Positions 1 to 11,349 of a DNA stretch of 64,000 bases are shown piece after piece. Positions within the stretch are counted from its first letter, which is position 1. Every line of letters starts with the position of its first letter. The translations under genes and the position numbers were made by a program. The notes beneath the pieces are model-generated. The model saw only the letters and a list, made by a program, of their open reading frames with translations, had not been told where the DNA came from and searched no databases. Location: assembly GCA_045535075.1 (NCBI GenBank), contig JAZSKX010000015.1, positions 75,994 through 139,993 of the forward strand, in the 5' to 3' direction. This DNA is from Candidatus Spyradenecus sp. (GTDB lineage Bacteria; Verrucomicrobiota; Verrucomicrobiia; Opitutales; UBA953).

Positions 1-1
1 G

Positions 2-241
2 GTTGCATGTTTTTTAATTGGGTTGTTTGAAGGGGAGCATATCGAGTCTTCTTCTGTTGAAGAAGTTGAATATAGTGCGTGCGAAGATTTTAACGCGTAT
101 TGGGACGACCAATACGGAGAATTTTCAATGGGGGATTACTCGTACACGGCAAGTGAGATCTTGTACAGTGTAGACCCTCAAGCTTACAAAAGCGAATACA
201 GTTCATATCTAAATGAGGGTGAAGAGAACCTGGCTTATTGA
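2..241 (+). CDS. 5'-truncated ORF with a very acidic, Tyr-rich C-terminal region, function unknown
   Basis: The frame of ORF 23..241 stays open to the window edge (no stop from nt 2). 18 D/E versus 1 K in 72 aa. Low GC. Confidence 0.55.
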   Translation, partial: VACFLIGLFEGEHIESSSVEEVEYSACEDFNAYWDDQYGEFSMGDYSYTASEILYSVDPQAYKSEYSSYLNEGEENLAY

Positions 242-253
242 TCGTTCCTATCT

Positions 254-1150
254 ATGAATGACTTGACGACAAAGAGACTTGCGGTAATAAAGCAATTATA
301 CCTCCAGGGGGTAAATCAATCTTATGAAGTAGAGCCGATAAACGGATTCTCTATATTGTCATTTCACGACAGTGTCGAAATGTTTATGAAGCTTTGTGCA
401 GAACAAAAAGGCATCCGAATAGATAGGCATACTAATTTTTCAGATTACTTTTCTAAGATTCCGGATTTGAAAGGAGGTTCCCCTATGGTTTCTTTGAACA
501 GTAGGCGTGTCAGCTTGAAGCACAGTGGGCTACTCCCGTCGAAATTAGATATTGAAATATCGCGAAGAAATACCATGGATTTTTTCGAAGAAAATACACC
601 AATTTTCTTTGGCAAAAGATTTGGTGAGATTTCTTTGATATCACTAATAAAGTATCCGTCGGTCTGTGAATATTTGGAAGACTCACAGGTCGCAATTAAT
701 GAAAATAAGTATGAGGAGGCGATCAAAATATCACAAGTTGCATTTAAGGAACTCCTGCATTGTCATCACGAAGAGAATTCCAAAGACTTTCTAAATCCGT
801 TTTCTGAGGTAAAAAGTTTTACGTTTCATAAAAGCTTTTTTATAAAGCCGGAGATAGGCAAGAGGTTTGACAAATTTGTGGACGATGTATCCCTTTCTAT
901 TCCCAGATTAGAAGAAGCCGTAAAGATAATTGGGTTTGGCATAGATTATAGACAGTATTGTAAATTCAGATTATTTACACCGATAATCTGTGTTGAATAT
1001 GTCAATGATGAGAGACAATACTCTGTTGGTGCGAGTGATGGTCGGTTGATTTTCAATCTGCAAAATGCAAGATTTTGTTTTGATTTCGTGGTATTATCGG
1101 CCCTGAAGCTCCAAGAGTTTTGTGTGGACCTCAAAAATACCATAAAATGA
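254..1150 (+). CDS. Hypothetical protein with a putative HEPN-like N-terminal domain, in a type I R-M locus
   Basis: 298-aa ORF with 'SILSFHDSVEMF' and an RxxxxH motif (RVSLKH). AT-rich. Ends 7 nt before hsdR. Confidence 0.6.
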   Translation: MNDLTTKRLAVIKQLYLQGVNQSYEVEPINGFSILSFHDSVEMFMKLCAEQKGIRIDRHTNFSDYFSKIPDLKGGSPMVSLNSRRVSLKHSGLLPSKLDIEISRRNTMDFFEENTPIFFGKRFGEISLISLIKYPSVCEYLEDSQVAINENKYEEAIKISQVAFKELLHCHHEENSKDFLNPFSEVKSFTFHKSFFIKPEIGKRFDKFVDDVSLSIPRLEEAVKIIGFGIDYRQYCKFRLFTPIICVEYVNDERQYSVGASDGRLIFNLQNARFCFDFVVLSALKLQEFCVDLKNTIK

Positions 1151-1157
1151 TTTTCCT

Positions 1158-4100
1158 ATGCTTTCGCTCACTGAATCCAAGATAGAAACCTTTGCGATCG
1201 AGTTGTTGGGATGGCTCGGGTATCGCTATTTTTACGGGCCGGAGATTGCGCCGGACGGGGAAAAGCCGATGCGTGCGGCGTTCGGCGAAGTCGTCTTGGA
1301 AGCGGTGTTGCGTGAGGCCGTTTACCGCATCAATCCGGGCGTGCCGCAGGCGGTGTGCGACGAGGCGGTCAGCCGGGTGCTCCGCATCGCGTCGCCGGAT
1401 TTGTTGGCGAACAACGAGCAGTTTCACCGTATGCTGACGGAGGGCGTTCCCGTGTCGGTGCATCGCGACGGTGCGGAGCGGGGCGAGTTGGTTTGGTTAG
1501 TAGATTTTGACAATCCGGAAAACAACGATTTTGCCGTCGTTAATCAATTTACGATTATCGAGAACGGGCACAACAAGCGCCCGGACGTTTTGCTTTTTGT
1601 GAACGGCTTGCCCTTGGTGGTGATTGAGCTGAAAAATGCCGCGGACGAGAATGCGACGGTGCAGAGCGCGTTCCGGCAGATTGAGACTTACAAGCAGATG
1701 ATTCCGTCGCTGTTTACCTACAATGCGTTGACGGTGATTTCGGACGGCTTGGATGCGCGCGCGGGAACGCTTTCGTCGGGATTTTCCCGCATGATGGCTT
1801 GGAAGAGTGCGGACGGGAAGGCGGAGGCATCGCACCTGATCGGACAGTTGGAAGTGCTGATTCGCGGGATGTTGAACAAGGCAACGCTCTTGGACCTTGT
1901 CCGCTCGTTTACGGTGTTTGAAAAAACCAAGACGGAAGACAAGGTAACGGGGCTGACGACGATTCGCACCGTGAAAAAAGTTGCCGCGTATCACCAGTAT
2001 TACGCCGTGAACAAGGCGGTGGAATCGACCGTGCGCGCAACGGGAATTAACTTGGACGATCGTTTTGTTTTGCGGGAAGATCCTGCGAAATACGGTTTAA
2101 AAGACGTGTCGGAACAGCCCCGGGGCGACCGCAAGGCGGGCGTTGTGTGGCACACGCAGGGCTCGGGCAAGTCTTTGTCGATGGTGTTTTATGTGGGCAA
2201 GGTTGTGCGCATACTGAGTAACCCGACGATTGTGGTCATCACGGACCGCAACGATTTGGACGACCAGTTGTTCGGGACGTTTGCGGATTGCCGCCAGTTG
2301 TTGCGGCAAACGCCGGTGCAGGCGGAAAATCGGGACGAGTTGAAACGCCTGTTGCGCGTGGCTTCCGGAGGTGTGATTTTTACGACGATTCAAAAATTCC
2401 AACCGGAGAGCGGGAACGTGTATGGGACGCTGACGGAGCGGAGCAATGTCATTGTAATCGCCGATGAGGCGCACCGCACGCAATACGGTTTCAAGGCAAA
2501 GACGGTCGATGTGCGCAACGAAGCGGACGAAGTGGTCGGCTCGGAAATTAAATACGGATTTGCGAAATATTTGAGAGACGCATTGCCCAATGCGACCTAC
2601 TTGGGCTTTACGGGAACGCCGATTGAGGCGACGGACGTGAATACGCCCGCCGTATTCGGAAATTATGTGGACGTTTACGATATTGCTCAGGCGGTGGAAG
2701 ACGGCGCGACGGTGCGCATTTTCTATGAAAGCCGATTGGCAAAGGTGGAACTGAGCGAGGCCGGACGCAACTTAATCGAAAGCCTTGATAGAGAGCTGAA
2801 AACGGAAAAGCTGGATGACGTACAGAAAGCAAAGGCGAAATGGACTCAACTTGAAGCGCTCATCGGAAGCGAATCCCGGATTCGCAACATCGCCAAAGAT
2901 ATTGTTTCCCACTTTGAACAGCGGCAGGAAGTATTTGAAGGAAAAGGAATGATTGTGGCGATGAGCCGTCGTATTGCTGTCGAGCTTTACGAGGCGATTA
3001 TCGCTCTGCGTCCGCAATGGCACAGCGAAGATTTGTCGAAAGGTGCGATTAAGGTGGTTATGACTTCCGCTTCTTCGGACGGCACAAGTATTTCGAAGCA
3101 CCACACTTCAAAAGAACAGCGGCGAACTTTGGCGGACAGAATGAAAGATCCGAAGGATGAGCTGAAATTAGTCATCGTTCGGGACATGTGGCTGACCGGA
3201 TTTGACGTTCCCTGTTTGCACACGCTTTATATTGATAAGCCAATGCAGGGGCACAACCTGATGCAGGCAATTGCCCGTGTGAATCGTGTTTACAAGGATA
3301 AACCGGGCGGGCTTGTCGTAGATTATCTGGGAATTGCGTCGGATTTGAAAAAGGCGCTTTCGTTCTATTCGGATTCGCAGGGAAAGGGAAATCCCGCAGA
3401 GCAGCAGGAGCAGGCGGTTGCTTTGATGGAGGAAAAAATGGAAGTAGTTCGGCAAATGCTGAACGGAGTGGATTATTCATCGTATTTTTCGGCGGACGTT
3501 GCCAAAAAACTGTCGCTAATTCTTCACGCCGAGGATTATGTACTCGGTTTGGACGACGGGAAAAAGCGTTTTGTAAGGGAGGTTTCGACGCTTTCAAAGG
3601 CGTTTGCCATCGCGATTCCGCACGACAAGGCGATGGAGGCGAAGGACGAGATTTCATTTTTTCAGGCGGTAAAAGCGCGCCTTTGCAAATTTGATATAAC
3701 TTCATCCGGTAAAACGCTTGAAGAAATTGAGACTACAATACGGCAAGTTGTCGATAAAGCTTTAGTTTCGGAGCAGGTCGTCGATTTATTTGACGCTACG
3801 GGAATTAAAAAGCCGGATATTTCCATCCTTTCTGAAGAGTTCCTCATGGAACTCAAAGGGATGCAACACAAGAATATTGCATTGGAGGTTTTGAAGAAGC
3901 TTCTGAACGATGAGATTAAGGCCCGGATGCGGCGAAATCTCGTGCAAGGAAAAACGTTGATGGAAATGCTCGAAAACTCTATCGCCCGGTATCACAACAA
4001 GGTGGTTACTGCCGTGGAAGTTATCGATGAACTGATCGCGTTGAGCAAACACATTGTCGGACAAGATAAAGGCGCGGAAGAACTCGGCTTATCCGGATAC

Positions 4101-4379
4101 GAATATGCGTTCTACTCTGCGGTCGCCGACAATCAGAGTGCCGTGGACTTAATGGGGCAGGATAAACTGCGCGAGTTGGCGGTAGCGTTGACGGAAACGA
4201 TTCGGAAAAATTCTTCGATTGATTGGGAAATAAAGGAAAATGTCCGCGCTAAAATGCGGGTCGCGGTCAAGCGGCTTTTACGGCGCTACGGCTACCCGCC
4301 GGACATGCAACTACTGGCAACCGAAACGGTCATCAAGCAGGCGGAAATGATTTCGGCGGAATTGATAAAATCCGCATAA
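1158..4379 (+). CDS. hsdR: Type I restriction endonuclease subunit R
   Basis: Nuclease motif RPD..NGLPLVVIELK; helicase motifs HTQGSGKS, DEAHR, GFTGTP, MWLTGFD, QAIARVNR; C-terminal RRYGYPPD. Confidence 0.97.
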   Translation: MLSLTESKIETFAIELLGWLGYRYFYGPEIAPDGEKPMRAAFGEVVLEAVLREAVYRINPGVPQAVCDEAVSRVLRIASPDLLANNEQFHRMLTEGVPVSVHRDGAERGELVWLVDFDNPENNDFAVVNQFTIIENGHNKRPDVLLFVNGLPLVVIELKNAADENATVQSAFRQIETYKQMIPSLFTYNALTVISDGLDARAGTLSSGFSRMMAWKSADGKAEASHLIGQLEVLIRGMLNKATLLDLVRSFTVFEKTKTEDKVTGLTTIRTVKKVAAYHQYYAVNKAVESTVRATGINLDDRFVLREDPAKYGLKDVSEQPRGDRKAGVVWHTQGSGKSLSMVFYVGKVVRILSNPTIVVITDRNDLDDQLFGTFADCRQLLRQTPVQAENRDELKRLLRVASGGVIFTTIQKFQPESGNVYGTLTERSNVIVIADEAHRTQYGFKAKTVDVRNEADEVVGSEIKYGFAKYLRDALPNATYLGFTGTPIEATDVNTPAVFGNYVDVYDIAQAVEDGATVRIFYESRLAKVELSEAGRNLIESLDRELKTEKLDDVQKAKAKWTQLEALIGSESRIRNIAKDIVSHFEQRQEVFEGKGMIVAMSRRIAVELYEAIIALRPQWHSEDLSKGAIKVVMTSASSDGTSISKHHTSKEQRRTLADRMKDPKDELKLVIVRDMWLTGFDVPCLHTLYIDKPMQGHNLMQAIARVNRVYKDKPGGLVVDYLGIASDLKKALSFYSDSQGKGNPAEQQEQAVALMEEKMEVVRQMLNGVDYSSYFSADVAKKLSLILHAEDYVLGLDDGKKRFVREVSTLSKAFAIAIPHDKAMEAKDEISFFQAVKARLCKFDITSSGKTLEEIETTIRQVVDKALVSEQVVDLFDATGIKKPDISILSEEFLMELKGMQHKNIALEVLKKLLNDEIKARMRRNLVQGKTLMEMLENSIARYHNKVVTAVEVIDELIALSKHIVGQDKGAEELGLSGYEYAFYSAVADNQSAVDLMGQDKLRELAVALTETIRKNSSIDWEIKENVRAKMRVAVKRLLRRYGYPPDMQLLATETVIKQAEMISAELIKSA

Positions 4380-4419
4380 TAGTGTTCCCGTGAGTTTTCT
4401 GCGGGAATTTGCGGAGGTT

Positions 4420-7248
4420 TTACAGAAACTTGGCGGTGGGGGTGGAGGCGCGGGAGCGAAGTTCCTCGGGCGTTCCCGTGAAGATGAGTTGACCGCCTGC
4501 GTTCCCGCCGCAGGGACCGAGCTCGACGATCCAATCCGCGCAGCGCACGACGTCGCTGTTGTGTTCGATAACGATGAGCGTGTGCCCGGCGTCGCGCAGT
4601 TTAAAAAGCAAATTCATGAGCAGGCGGATGTCGTCCCAATGCAGGCCCGTCGTCGGTTCGTCGAGCAGGTAAAGTGTGCGTTCCCGCTTGCGCTTGGAAA
4701 GCTCGAGCGCGAGTTTGAGGCGTTGCGCTTCGCCGCCGGAAAGGGTCGGCGCGGGTTGCCCGAGTTTCAGATAGCCCAGCCCGACTTCGTCGAGCGTTGT
4801 AAGTAAATTTCGGATACTCGGTTGAGCGCGGAAAAACGTGCACGCGTCGGCGACGGTCATATCGAGCACTTCCGCGATGTTCAGCCCTTTGAAAAGCACT
4901 TCGAGTGTTTCGCGGTTGTAGCGCGCGCCGCGGCAACTCGGACACTCAACCCAGGTTTCGCCGAGAAACTGCATGTCGAGCGCGATTTGCCCTTCGCCCT
5001 GGCATTTTTCGCAGCGTCCGCCGCGTTTGTTAAACGAAAATCTTCCCGCGTCGTAGCCGCGCATTTTGGCGAGCGGCGTGGCGGCGTAAAGTTTTCTCAA
5101 CAAGTCAAAAATCCCGGTAAACGTTGCCGGATTCGAGCGCGGCGAGCGCCCGATAGGCGCTTGGTCAATGCGAACGAAACCTTCAAAATTTTCCAATCCG
5201 TCTATTCCTGCGTGCTTGCCGGGAACGCATTTCGCACGATTGATTTTGCGCGCGGCGGCGTTGCCGAGAATGCCGTTGACGAGCGTGGATTTGCCCGAGC
5301 CGGAAACGCCGCAGACAACGGTCAGCGCGCCGCACGGGAACGCGACATCGATGTTTTTCAAATTGTTTTCCGCCGCGCCGCGCACGGTAAAAAATCGCTT
5401 CGCGGGAACGCGCGGAAAAACTTCGGTGAGCTCACGGGAACGCGCGTCCGATGAAGTATTCAGAAATTGAGCCGTGCGTGATTTCCCTTCGGCAAGGCAT
5501 TCGGGGAGCGTTCCCGAAAAGACGAGCGTGCCGCCTTGCGTTCCCGCTCCGGGACCGATTTCTACGACGTGATCCGCCGCCAAAATCGTGTCGCGGTCGT
5601 GTTCGACAACGAGAACGCTGTTCCCGCGTTTGCGCAAATCTTTCATCTGCGCAATCAGCCGCGCGTGGTCCGCCGGGTGCAAGCCGATGCTCGGTTCGTC
5701 CAAAATATAAGTTACGCCGACGAGGCCCAAGCCGAGTTGCGCGGCAAGGCGCACGCGCTGAACTTCGCCGCCGGAAAGCGTCGAGTAGGCGCGATTCAGC
5801 GTCAGGTAAGAAAGCCCGGTTGTATCCAAAAATCGGAGACGTTTTTCCAAGCCAGCGCGCGCGTCTTCCACGGGCGCAACTGCGGGAACGCTTTTCAGAT
5901 TTTTGACAAAATCAAGCGCGGCGGGAACGCTCATCGCGAAAAAATCGCCGACGGATTTTCCGCCGAGTTTCACGGCGAGTGCGCGCGGATTCAGGCGCAA
6001 TCCGCCGCACGCAGCGCAGGGCGCGGAATGCTGAAACGCGAGTAAACGCGTGCGCAGAAGCAGGCTCGATGTCGAGGTTGCCGTTTTTTTCAAGTCGGCG
6101 AGCACGCCTTCGAAGGGGCGCGGCGCGGGCTTGCGGCGACCGTTTTTCAACAGGAATTCTTTTTCTCCGCTCCCGAAAAGGATGAGCTTTTGCGTTCCCG
6201 CGTCGAGTTTTTCCCAAGGCTCTTTCAGTGAAAACGGCACTTGCTCGGCGAGCTGGCGCAGCCACGCGTTGCGCTGGGTAATCATTTTTTTCGAGCCGTA
6301 GCGCCAAGGCTTGATCGCGCCGTCTTTGAGCGATTTTTTCGGGTCGGGAACGATGAGTTCGGGTAAAAATTGCGGTGTTTCGCCGAGTCCGCCGCACGCG
6401 GGGCACGCGCCGTCGGGGTGGCTTTCGGAAAAATTTTTCGGCGAGAGTGCCTCGTAGGTTTTTCCGCAGATTGTGCAGGAAAAATCGAGGCGAAGGGGAA
6501 TTTCCTTTTCTTCTGCGGGAAGCAGGGCGAAGGCGCGGTTTTTGCCTTCGCGAAAGGCGAGTTCGAGCGAGTCGGCAAGGCGGGAACGCGCGTCGGCGGA
6601 AACGACGAGGCGGTCGACGATGAGATCGAGTGCGAGGACTCCTTTTTTTTCAAACTTGGGCAATTCGTCGTCGAGGTCGAAAATTTCGCCGTCGATGCGA
6701 ATGCGCTGGAAACCGCGCCGGCGGAGGTTTTCGAGCTCGTCGTCGAGTAGTTTTCGTTTAATTTGCGTGTAGGGAGCGCCAAGGATGAGTTTCGTTCCCG
6801 CGGGCAGGGCGCAGAGTTGTCCGAGGCAATCGTCGAGCGTGCGGCGCGTGATTTCGCCGCCGTCGTCCGGGCAAAATTGCGTTCCCGCGACGGACCAGAG
6901 CAGGCGGGCGTAGTCGGCGATTTCGGTGGCGGTGGCGACGGTGGCGCGCGGGTTGTTGTTGGCGGAGCTGCGTTGTTCGATGGCGATGACGGGCGAGAGT
7001 CCGTGGATGAAATCGACGTCCGGGCGCGGAATTTGCTCCAGATTCGCGCGCATTTTTGCCGAAAGGCTTTCCAAATATTGGCGTGCGCCCTCGGCGTAAA
7101 TTGTGTCGAACGCGAGCGAGGATTTCCCGGATCCGGAAACTCCGGTAATTACGACGAGCTTTCCGCGCGGGATCCGAAGCTCGATGTTCTTCAGATTGTG
7201 TTCCCGCGCGCCTTTGACGTGAATTGTTCCCGGGGAAATTTCGCTCAC
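4420..7248 (-). CDS. uvrA: Excinuclease ABC subunit A
   Basis: GAREHNLKN, two GVSGSGKS Walker A motifs, two LSGGE signatures, zinc fingers. Confidence 0.97.
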   Translation of the reverse strand: MSEISPGTIHVKGAREHNLKNIELRIPRGKLVVITGVSGSGKSSLAFDTIYAEGARQYLESLSAKMRANLEQIPRPDVDFIHGLSPVIAIEQRSSANNNPRATVATATEIADYARLLWSVAGTQFCPDDGGEITRRTLDDCLGQLCALPAGTKLILGAPYTQIKRKLLDDELENLRRRGFQRIRIDGEIFDLDDELPKFEKKGVLALDLIVDRLVVSADARSRLADSLELAFREGKNRAFALLPAEEKEIPLRLDFSCTICGKTYEALSPKNFSESHPDGACPACGGLGETPQFLPELIVPDPKKSLKDGAIKPWRYGSKKMITQRNAWLRQLAEQVPFSLKEPWEKLDAGTQKLILFGSGEKEFLLKNGRRKPAPRPFEGVLADLKKTATSTSSLLLRTRLLAFQHSAPCAACGGLRLNPRALAVKLGGKSVGDFFAMSVPAALDFVKNLKSVPAVAPVEDARAGLEKRLRFLDTTGLSYLTLNRAYSTLSGGEVQRVRLAAQLGLGLVGVTYILDEPSIGLHPADHARLIAQMKDLRKRGNSVLVVEHDRDTILAADHVVEIGPGAGTQGGTLVFSGTLPECLAEGKSRTAQFLNTSSDARSRELTEVFPRVPAKRFFTVRGAAENNLKNIDVAFPCGALTVVCGVSGSGKSTLVNGILGNAAARKINRAKCVPGKHAGIDGLENFEGFVRIDQAPIGRSPRSNPATFTGIFDLLRKLYAATPLAKMRGYDAGRFSFNKRGGRCEKCQGEGQIALDMQFLGETWVECPSCRGARYNRETLEVLFKGLNIAEVLDMTVADACTFFRAQPSIRNLLTTLDEVGLGYLKLGQPAPTLSGGEAQRLKLALELSKRKRERTLYLLDEPTTGLHWDDIRLLMNLLFKLRDAGHTLIVIEHNSDVVRCADWIVELGPCGGNAGGQLIFTGTPEELRSRASTPTAKFL

Positions 7249-7254
7249 GGCGAT

Positions 7255-7452
7255 TTAGCGTTGGCGATTGATGGCGTCAATAAGCGCTTGATTGCGTTCC
7301 CGTGCTTTTTCGTCGGCGACAACGAGAATGGCATGAATCATTCCCGGCACCCAGCCGAGGAAGCACAGCAACAGATTGAGCAGAAATTGAAACGGCTTTC
7401 CGCAAAGCAGGACTGCCAGCGGCGGAAGCAAAATTGCAATCAGATACAGCAT
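7255..7452 (-). CDS. YqaE/Pmp3 family small membrane protein
   Basis: AILLPPLAV...GWVPGMIHA signature. Confidence 0.85.
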   Translation of the reverse strand: MLYLIAILLPPLAVLLCGKPFQFLLNLLLCFLGWVPGMIHAILVVADEKARERNQALIDAINRQR

Positions 7453-7532
7453 AATGATTCCAATTATCGCCTCCTGCGGGAACGTCGCAAAGTTAAAATA
7501 AAAAAAGTGTTTCAGTTGCGGGGACGGGACTT

Positions 7533-8630
7533 TTAGCTTTTTACGTAAACGGTTTGCGTCGGAAACGCAAATTCAAGTCCGGTTTCGTTGAATCGCCTCA
7601 GAATTGCGAGATTGAGATTGTGTTTAAAACGAAGAAATTCGGCGTAGTCCGACGATGCGAAATGATAAACGGCAGTGATGTTGAGTGAGGCGTCTTGGAA
7701 GCGACTGAAATAGACGCGCGGGGCGGTTGTTCCGTTTTGAACGCAGAGCGGGTCGTTAAGTAATTGACGAATAATTACAACGGCGTTTTCGATTTGCTCG
7801 GGTTGCGTCGAGTAAATCAGCCCGAGGTTGATTTCGTCACGGATTGTTTCCCGAGCCGTTACGGTTCGGATTATTCGATTGGCGAGATCGCCGTTGGGAA
7901 TGCTCAGTACCGAGCCGTCGCGGGATCGAATCCGCGTTGAGCGCACGCCGACTTCTTCGACCGTTCCCGCGAGTTCGGTTCCGATGTCAATCATGTCGCC
8001 GACTTGAAACGGGCGGTCGAGAATCAACATCAGCGAGCCGAAAAAGTTTTTGACGGTATCCTGCGATGCTAAGCCGACGGCGAGCCCGCCGATGCCGAGC
8101 ATCGCGATAATTTCGGCGGGTTGGGTGTCGGTTGCAATGCGGATAATGATCAGGATTCCGATCCCGAGGATGCCGATTTTCATTAGTGCGGCAAAGAGCG
8201 GAAGTAGCGTTGCCGCCGATTTACTGCTTGGAGAGGCGTATCGGCGAATCAACGCGAGCGGCAGGCGAACGAGGTTCCAAGTGAAAACGGCGAGCGAGCA
8301 GGAGACAAAAATCCAAAAGAGGCGCGACAGAGCTTTCGTGGCTTCGGGCGGAAGATTTGCCGTGTTTCCGGAATAAATCGCGAATGCGATGAAGCCGATT
8401 CCGGTAAAAAGGAAAATTCCGGTTCGCGCGAGTGCTTCGAGGATTGTTCCCGCGATTATTTTTCGCGTCGGGATTGCTGCCGTTCCCGTCGGCTTCAACA
8501 GTATTTTTGACGCAAATAAGAAAAATTTTCGTAGTGCCCCTCCGATTGCAATTCCGCATAAAACAAAGGCAACAAGTTGAATTGCCGAGATTGCATCGGG
8601 AATCAGAGCCTTAAAAACAACAGAAATCAT
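7533..8630 (-). CDS. MscS family mechanosensitive channel
   Basis: GLAVGLASQDTVKNFFGS, RPFQVGD, GVRSTRIRS, FAFPTQTV. Confidence 0.92.
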   Translation of the reverse strand: MISVVFKALIPDAISAIQLVAFVLCGIAIGGALRKFFLFASKILLKPTGTAAIPTRKIIAGTILEALARTGIFLFTGIGFIAFAIYSGNTANLPPEATKALSRLFWIFVSCSLAVFTWNLVRLPLALIRRYASPSSKSAATLLPLFAALMKIGILGIGILIIIRIATDTQPAEIIAMLGIGGLAVGLASQDTVKNFFGSLMLILDRPFQVGDMIDIGTELAGTVEEVGVRSTRIRSRDGSVLSIPNGDLANRIIRTVTARETIRDEINLGLIYSTQPEQIENAVVIIRQLLNDPLCVQNGTTAPRVYFSRFQDASLNITAVYHFASSDYAEFLRFKHNLNLAILRRFNETGLEFAFPTQTVYVKS

Positions 8631-8759
8631 ATTAAAGAATAAGCGTCGGAGTGTCTGGTATTTGACCGGGAATTTCGGATTTTCGTTCTCGTTTTTGCCG
8701 GATTCTTTTGTTTTGTGTTTGTGATAAATTCGGGAAAAATTAAGCCAATTTATTTTTAC

Positions 8760-9872
8760 ATGGACACGGAACTCTTCGATTACGACTTGCCGGAACGCTT
8801 AATCGCGCAAACGCCCGCCGCCCGGCGGGAAGATTCGCGTCTGCTTGTCGTAGAGCGGAAATCGGGAACGCTCAGGCACTGCATCTTTCGCGATTTGCCC
8901 GATTTGCTGCCTGCGGGAACGCGAATGTTTCGTAACAATGCCGCTGTCTTGCAGGCGCGGCTTCCCGGTGTCCGCGAAGGCTCCGGCGGCAAGGTCGAAT
9001 GCCTGCTGCTGCGCCCGGGCGAGATCCCGACGCGTTGGTGGTGCCTGCTCAAACCCGGGAAGAAAGCCGCTTCGGGAAGCTTCGGAATTGAAGGTGTCTA
9101 TCGTGCGCACGTTGTCGCAAAAGAAGATTGCGTTGACGGCGGCGGAGAGTACTTGGTCGAGTTCGAAATCCTTCTTCCGCAGGGCAATGTGCTTGATGTT
9201 GCCGCGCAAGTCGGCTCGCTCCCGCTCCCGCCTTATATTACGCGTTCGCGCCCGAAGGACGCGGATTTTTCCGAGCTGGATAAAGAGCGTTATCAGACCG
9301 TTTACGCGTTTCGGGAAAATCCCGTTGCCGCTGCTGCGCCGACAGCCGGATTGCATTTTTCCGACGCGTTGCTGGAACGCTTGCGTTCCCGTGATGTTCC
9401 GCAATTCGATTTGACGCTTCACATCGGACTGGGAACATTCCAGCCGATTAAATCCGCAACGATTGAAGCGCATCCGATGCACAAGGAATTTTACACGATT
9501 CCTGCGAAAACGCGGGAACAGCTTGAAATCATTTGCCCGGAAAAATCGCCTCGCCTTGCCGTCGGAACAACCAGCTTGCGTGCCATGGAAGACTTCGCGC
9601 GCCGCCGCGCCGCCGGAGATCCGCTTATTCCCGAGGCGGGAAGCGTTGCCGCAACCGCCGGGCTTTTTGTCTATCCTCCGCAAACGATTTCCGGCGCGGA
9701 TATTATGATCACGAATTTTCACCTGCCGAAATCGACGCTTATGTGTTTGATTTCGACATTTCTCGCTCCGGGTGAAATGCGCGGAATTCAATGGCTAAAG
9801 GAAATTTACGCCGAAGCCGTTTCCCGCGAATACCGATTTTACAGCTACGGCGATGCGATGCTGATTCTTTAG
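8760..9872 (+). CDS. queA: S-adenosylmethionine:tRNA ribosyltransferase-isomerase
   Basis: FDYDLP..IAQ, PLPPYI, AAPTAGLHF, TNFHLPKST, YRFYSYGDAM. Start moved to the ATG at 8760. Confidence 0.96.
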   Translation: MDTELFDYDLPERLIAQTPAARREDSRLLVVERKSGTLRHCIFRDLPDLLPAGTRMFRNNAAVLQARLPGVREGSGGKVECLLLRPGEIPTRWWCLLKPGKKAASGSFGIEGVYRAHVVAKEDCVDGGGEYLVEFEILLPQGNVLDVAAQVGSLPLPPYITRSRPKDADFSELDKERYQTVYAFRENPVAAAAPTAGLHFSDALLERLRSRDVPQFDLTLHIGLGTFQPIKSATIEAHPMHKEFYTIPAKTREQLEIICPEKSPRLAVGTTSLRAMEDFARRRAAGDPLIPEAGSVAATAGLFVYPPQTISGADIMITNFHLPKSTLMCLISTFLAPGEMRGIQWLKEIYAEAVSREYRFYSYGDAMLIL

Positions 9873-9941
9873 GTGATTGCAAATCCGAGGCTTGATGTTT
9901 GAGAGTTGAAATTTAAAACTTAGAAAAACCCCGTTAAAATT

Positions 9942-11324
9942 ATGAATAAACTTTCCGTTAAAAATGCTCTTTCCGCGAGCGTTCCCGCAGACGAAGTGCT
10001 TGTCCAAGGTTGGGTGCGTACGCGCCGCGATTCCAAGGCGTTTTCTTTTATCGAGCTCAACGACGGCTCGTGCCAAAAGAACCTGCAAATCATCGTCGAT
10101 GCAAATTGCCCCGGCTATGAGAATGTAAAGAATACGCTTACGGGAGCGGCGGTTTCCGTTGTCGGCGCGCTCGTCGCCTCGCAAGGGAAAGGACAAAGTT
10201 GGGAAGTTCACGCGAAAGATTTTCGCCTCGTCGGGACGGCGCCGGATTCGTTCCCGCTTCAGAAAAAAGGACACACGGTTGAATTTCTGCGCGATATTCC
10301 GCACTTGCGCGCCCGGACAAATCGCCTCGGCGCGATGTTCCGCGTGCGTTCCCGCCTTGCGTACGCCGTGCATAACTTTTTCCAGTCCCGCGGCTTCGCT
10401 TATGTTCACACGCCGATTATCACAACCAGCGATTGCGAAGGCGCCGGCGAACTTTTTCGCGTGACGACGCTCCCGCAGGACGCGCTTCCGAAAACGCCGG
10501 ACGGCAAAATTGATTACGCGCAGGATTTCTTCGCCCGCCAATCTTTCCTCACCGTCAGCGGACAGCTCGAAGCCGAAACGCTCGCCTGTGCCCTCGGCAA
10601 CGTTTATACGTTCGGGCCGACGTTTCGCGCGGAAAATTCGCACACATCGCGCCATGCCAGCGAGTTTTGGATGATTGAACCCGAAATGGCATTTTGCGAT
10701 ATTTTCGGCGATATCGATATGGCGGAGGCGTTTATTAAACATCTCATCGCCGATATTTTGGAAAATTGCCCGGATGAAATCGCGTTCTTCGACAAATTTG
10801 TCAGCAAAGGCTTGCGGGAACGCCTGCAGGCGGTTTTGGACAATCCGTTTGTGCGCGTTTCTTACACGGACGCGATTGAGATTCTTCAAAAATCCGGTGA
10901 AACGTTCGAGTTTCCGCCGGTTTGGGGCGAAGCGCTTCAGTCTGAACACGAGCGCTTCCTGACGGAAAAACACTTCCGCTCGCCGGTCGCCGTTTACAAT
11001 TATCCGCGCAAGGCAAAACCGTTTTACATGCGTCAAAATGACGACGGGAAAACCGTCGCGGCGGCGGATTTGCTCGTTCCCGGAATCGGCGAAATCGTCG
11101 GCGGGAGCCAGCGTGAAGAACGCTTGGAGCGCCTTTTGGAGGCGATGCGGGAACACGGCTTGAGCGAAGAGGATTACGGCTGGTATGTTGATTTGCGCCG
11201 CTTCGGCAGTGTGCCGCATTCCGGTTTCGGTTTGGGCTTCGAGCGTATGTTGATGTTTGTTACCGGCGAAGGGAATATCCGCGACGTCATTCCGTTCCCG
11301 CGTACGCCGGGAAATGCCCGCTAG
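9942..11324 (+). CDS. asnS: Asparagine--tRNA ligase
   Basis: [39 protein letters not shown]. Confidence 0.96.
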   Translation: MNKLSVKNALSASVPADEVLVQGWVRTRRDSKAFSFIELNDGSCQKNLQIIVDANCPGYENVKNTLTGAAVSVVGALVASQGKGQSWEVHAKDFRLVGTAPDSFPLQKKGHTVEFLRDIPHLRARTNRLGAMFRVRSRLAYAVHNFFQSRGFAYVHTPIITTSDCEGAGELFRVTTLPQDALPKTPDGKIDYAQDFFARQSFLTVSGQLEAETLACALGNVYTFGPTFRAENSHTSRHASEFWMIEPEMAFCDIFGDIDMAEAFIKHLIADILENCPDEIAFFDKFVSKGLRERLQAVLDNPFVRVSYTDAIEILQKSGETFEFPPVWGEALQSEHERFLTEKHFRSPVAVYNYPRKAKPFYMRQNDDGKTVAAADLLVPGIGEIVGGSQREERLERLLEAMREHGLSEEDYGWYVDLRRFGSVPHSGFGLGFERMLMFVTGEGNIRDVIPFPRTPGNAR

Positions 11325-11349
11325 GAAATTTTGCTCCCGGATCGGCAGA

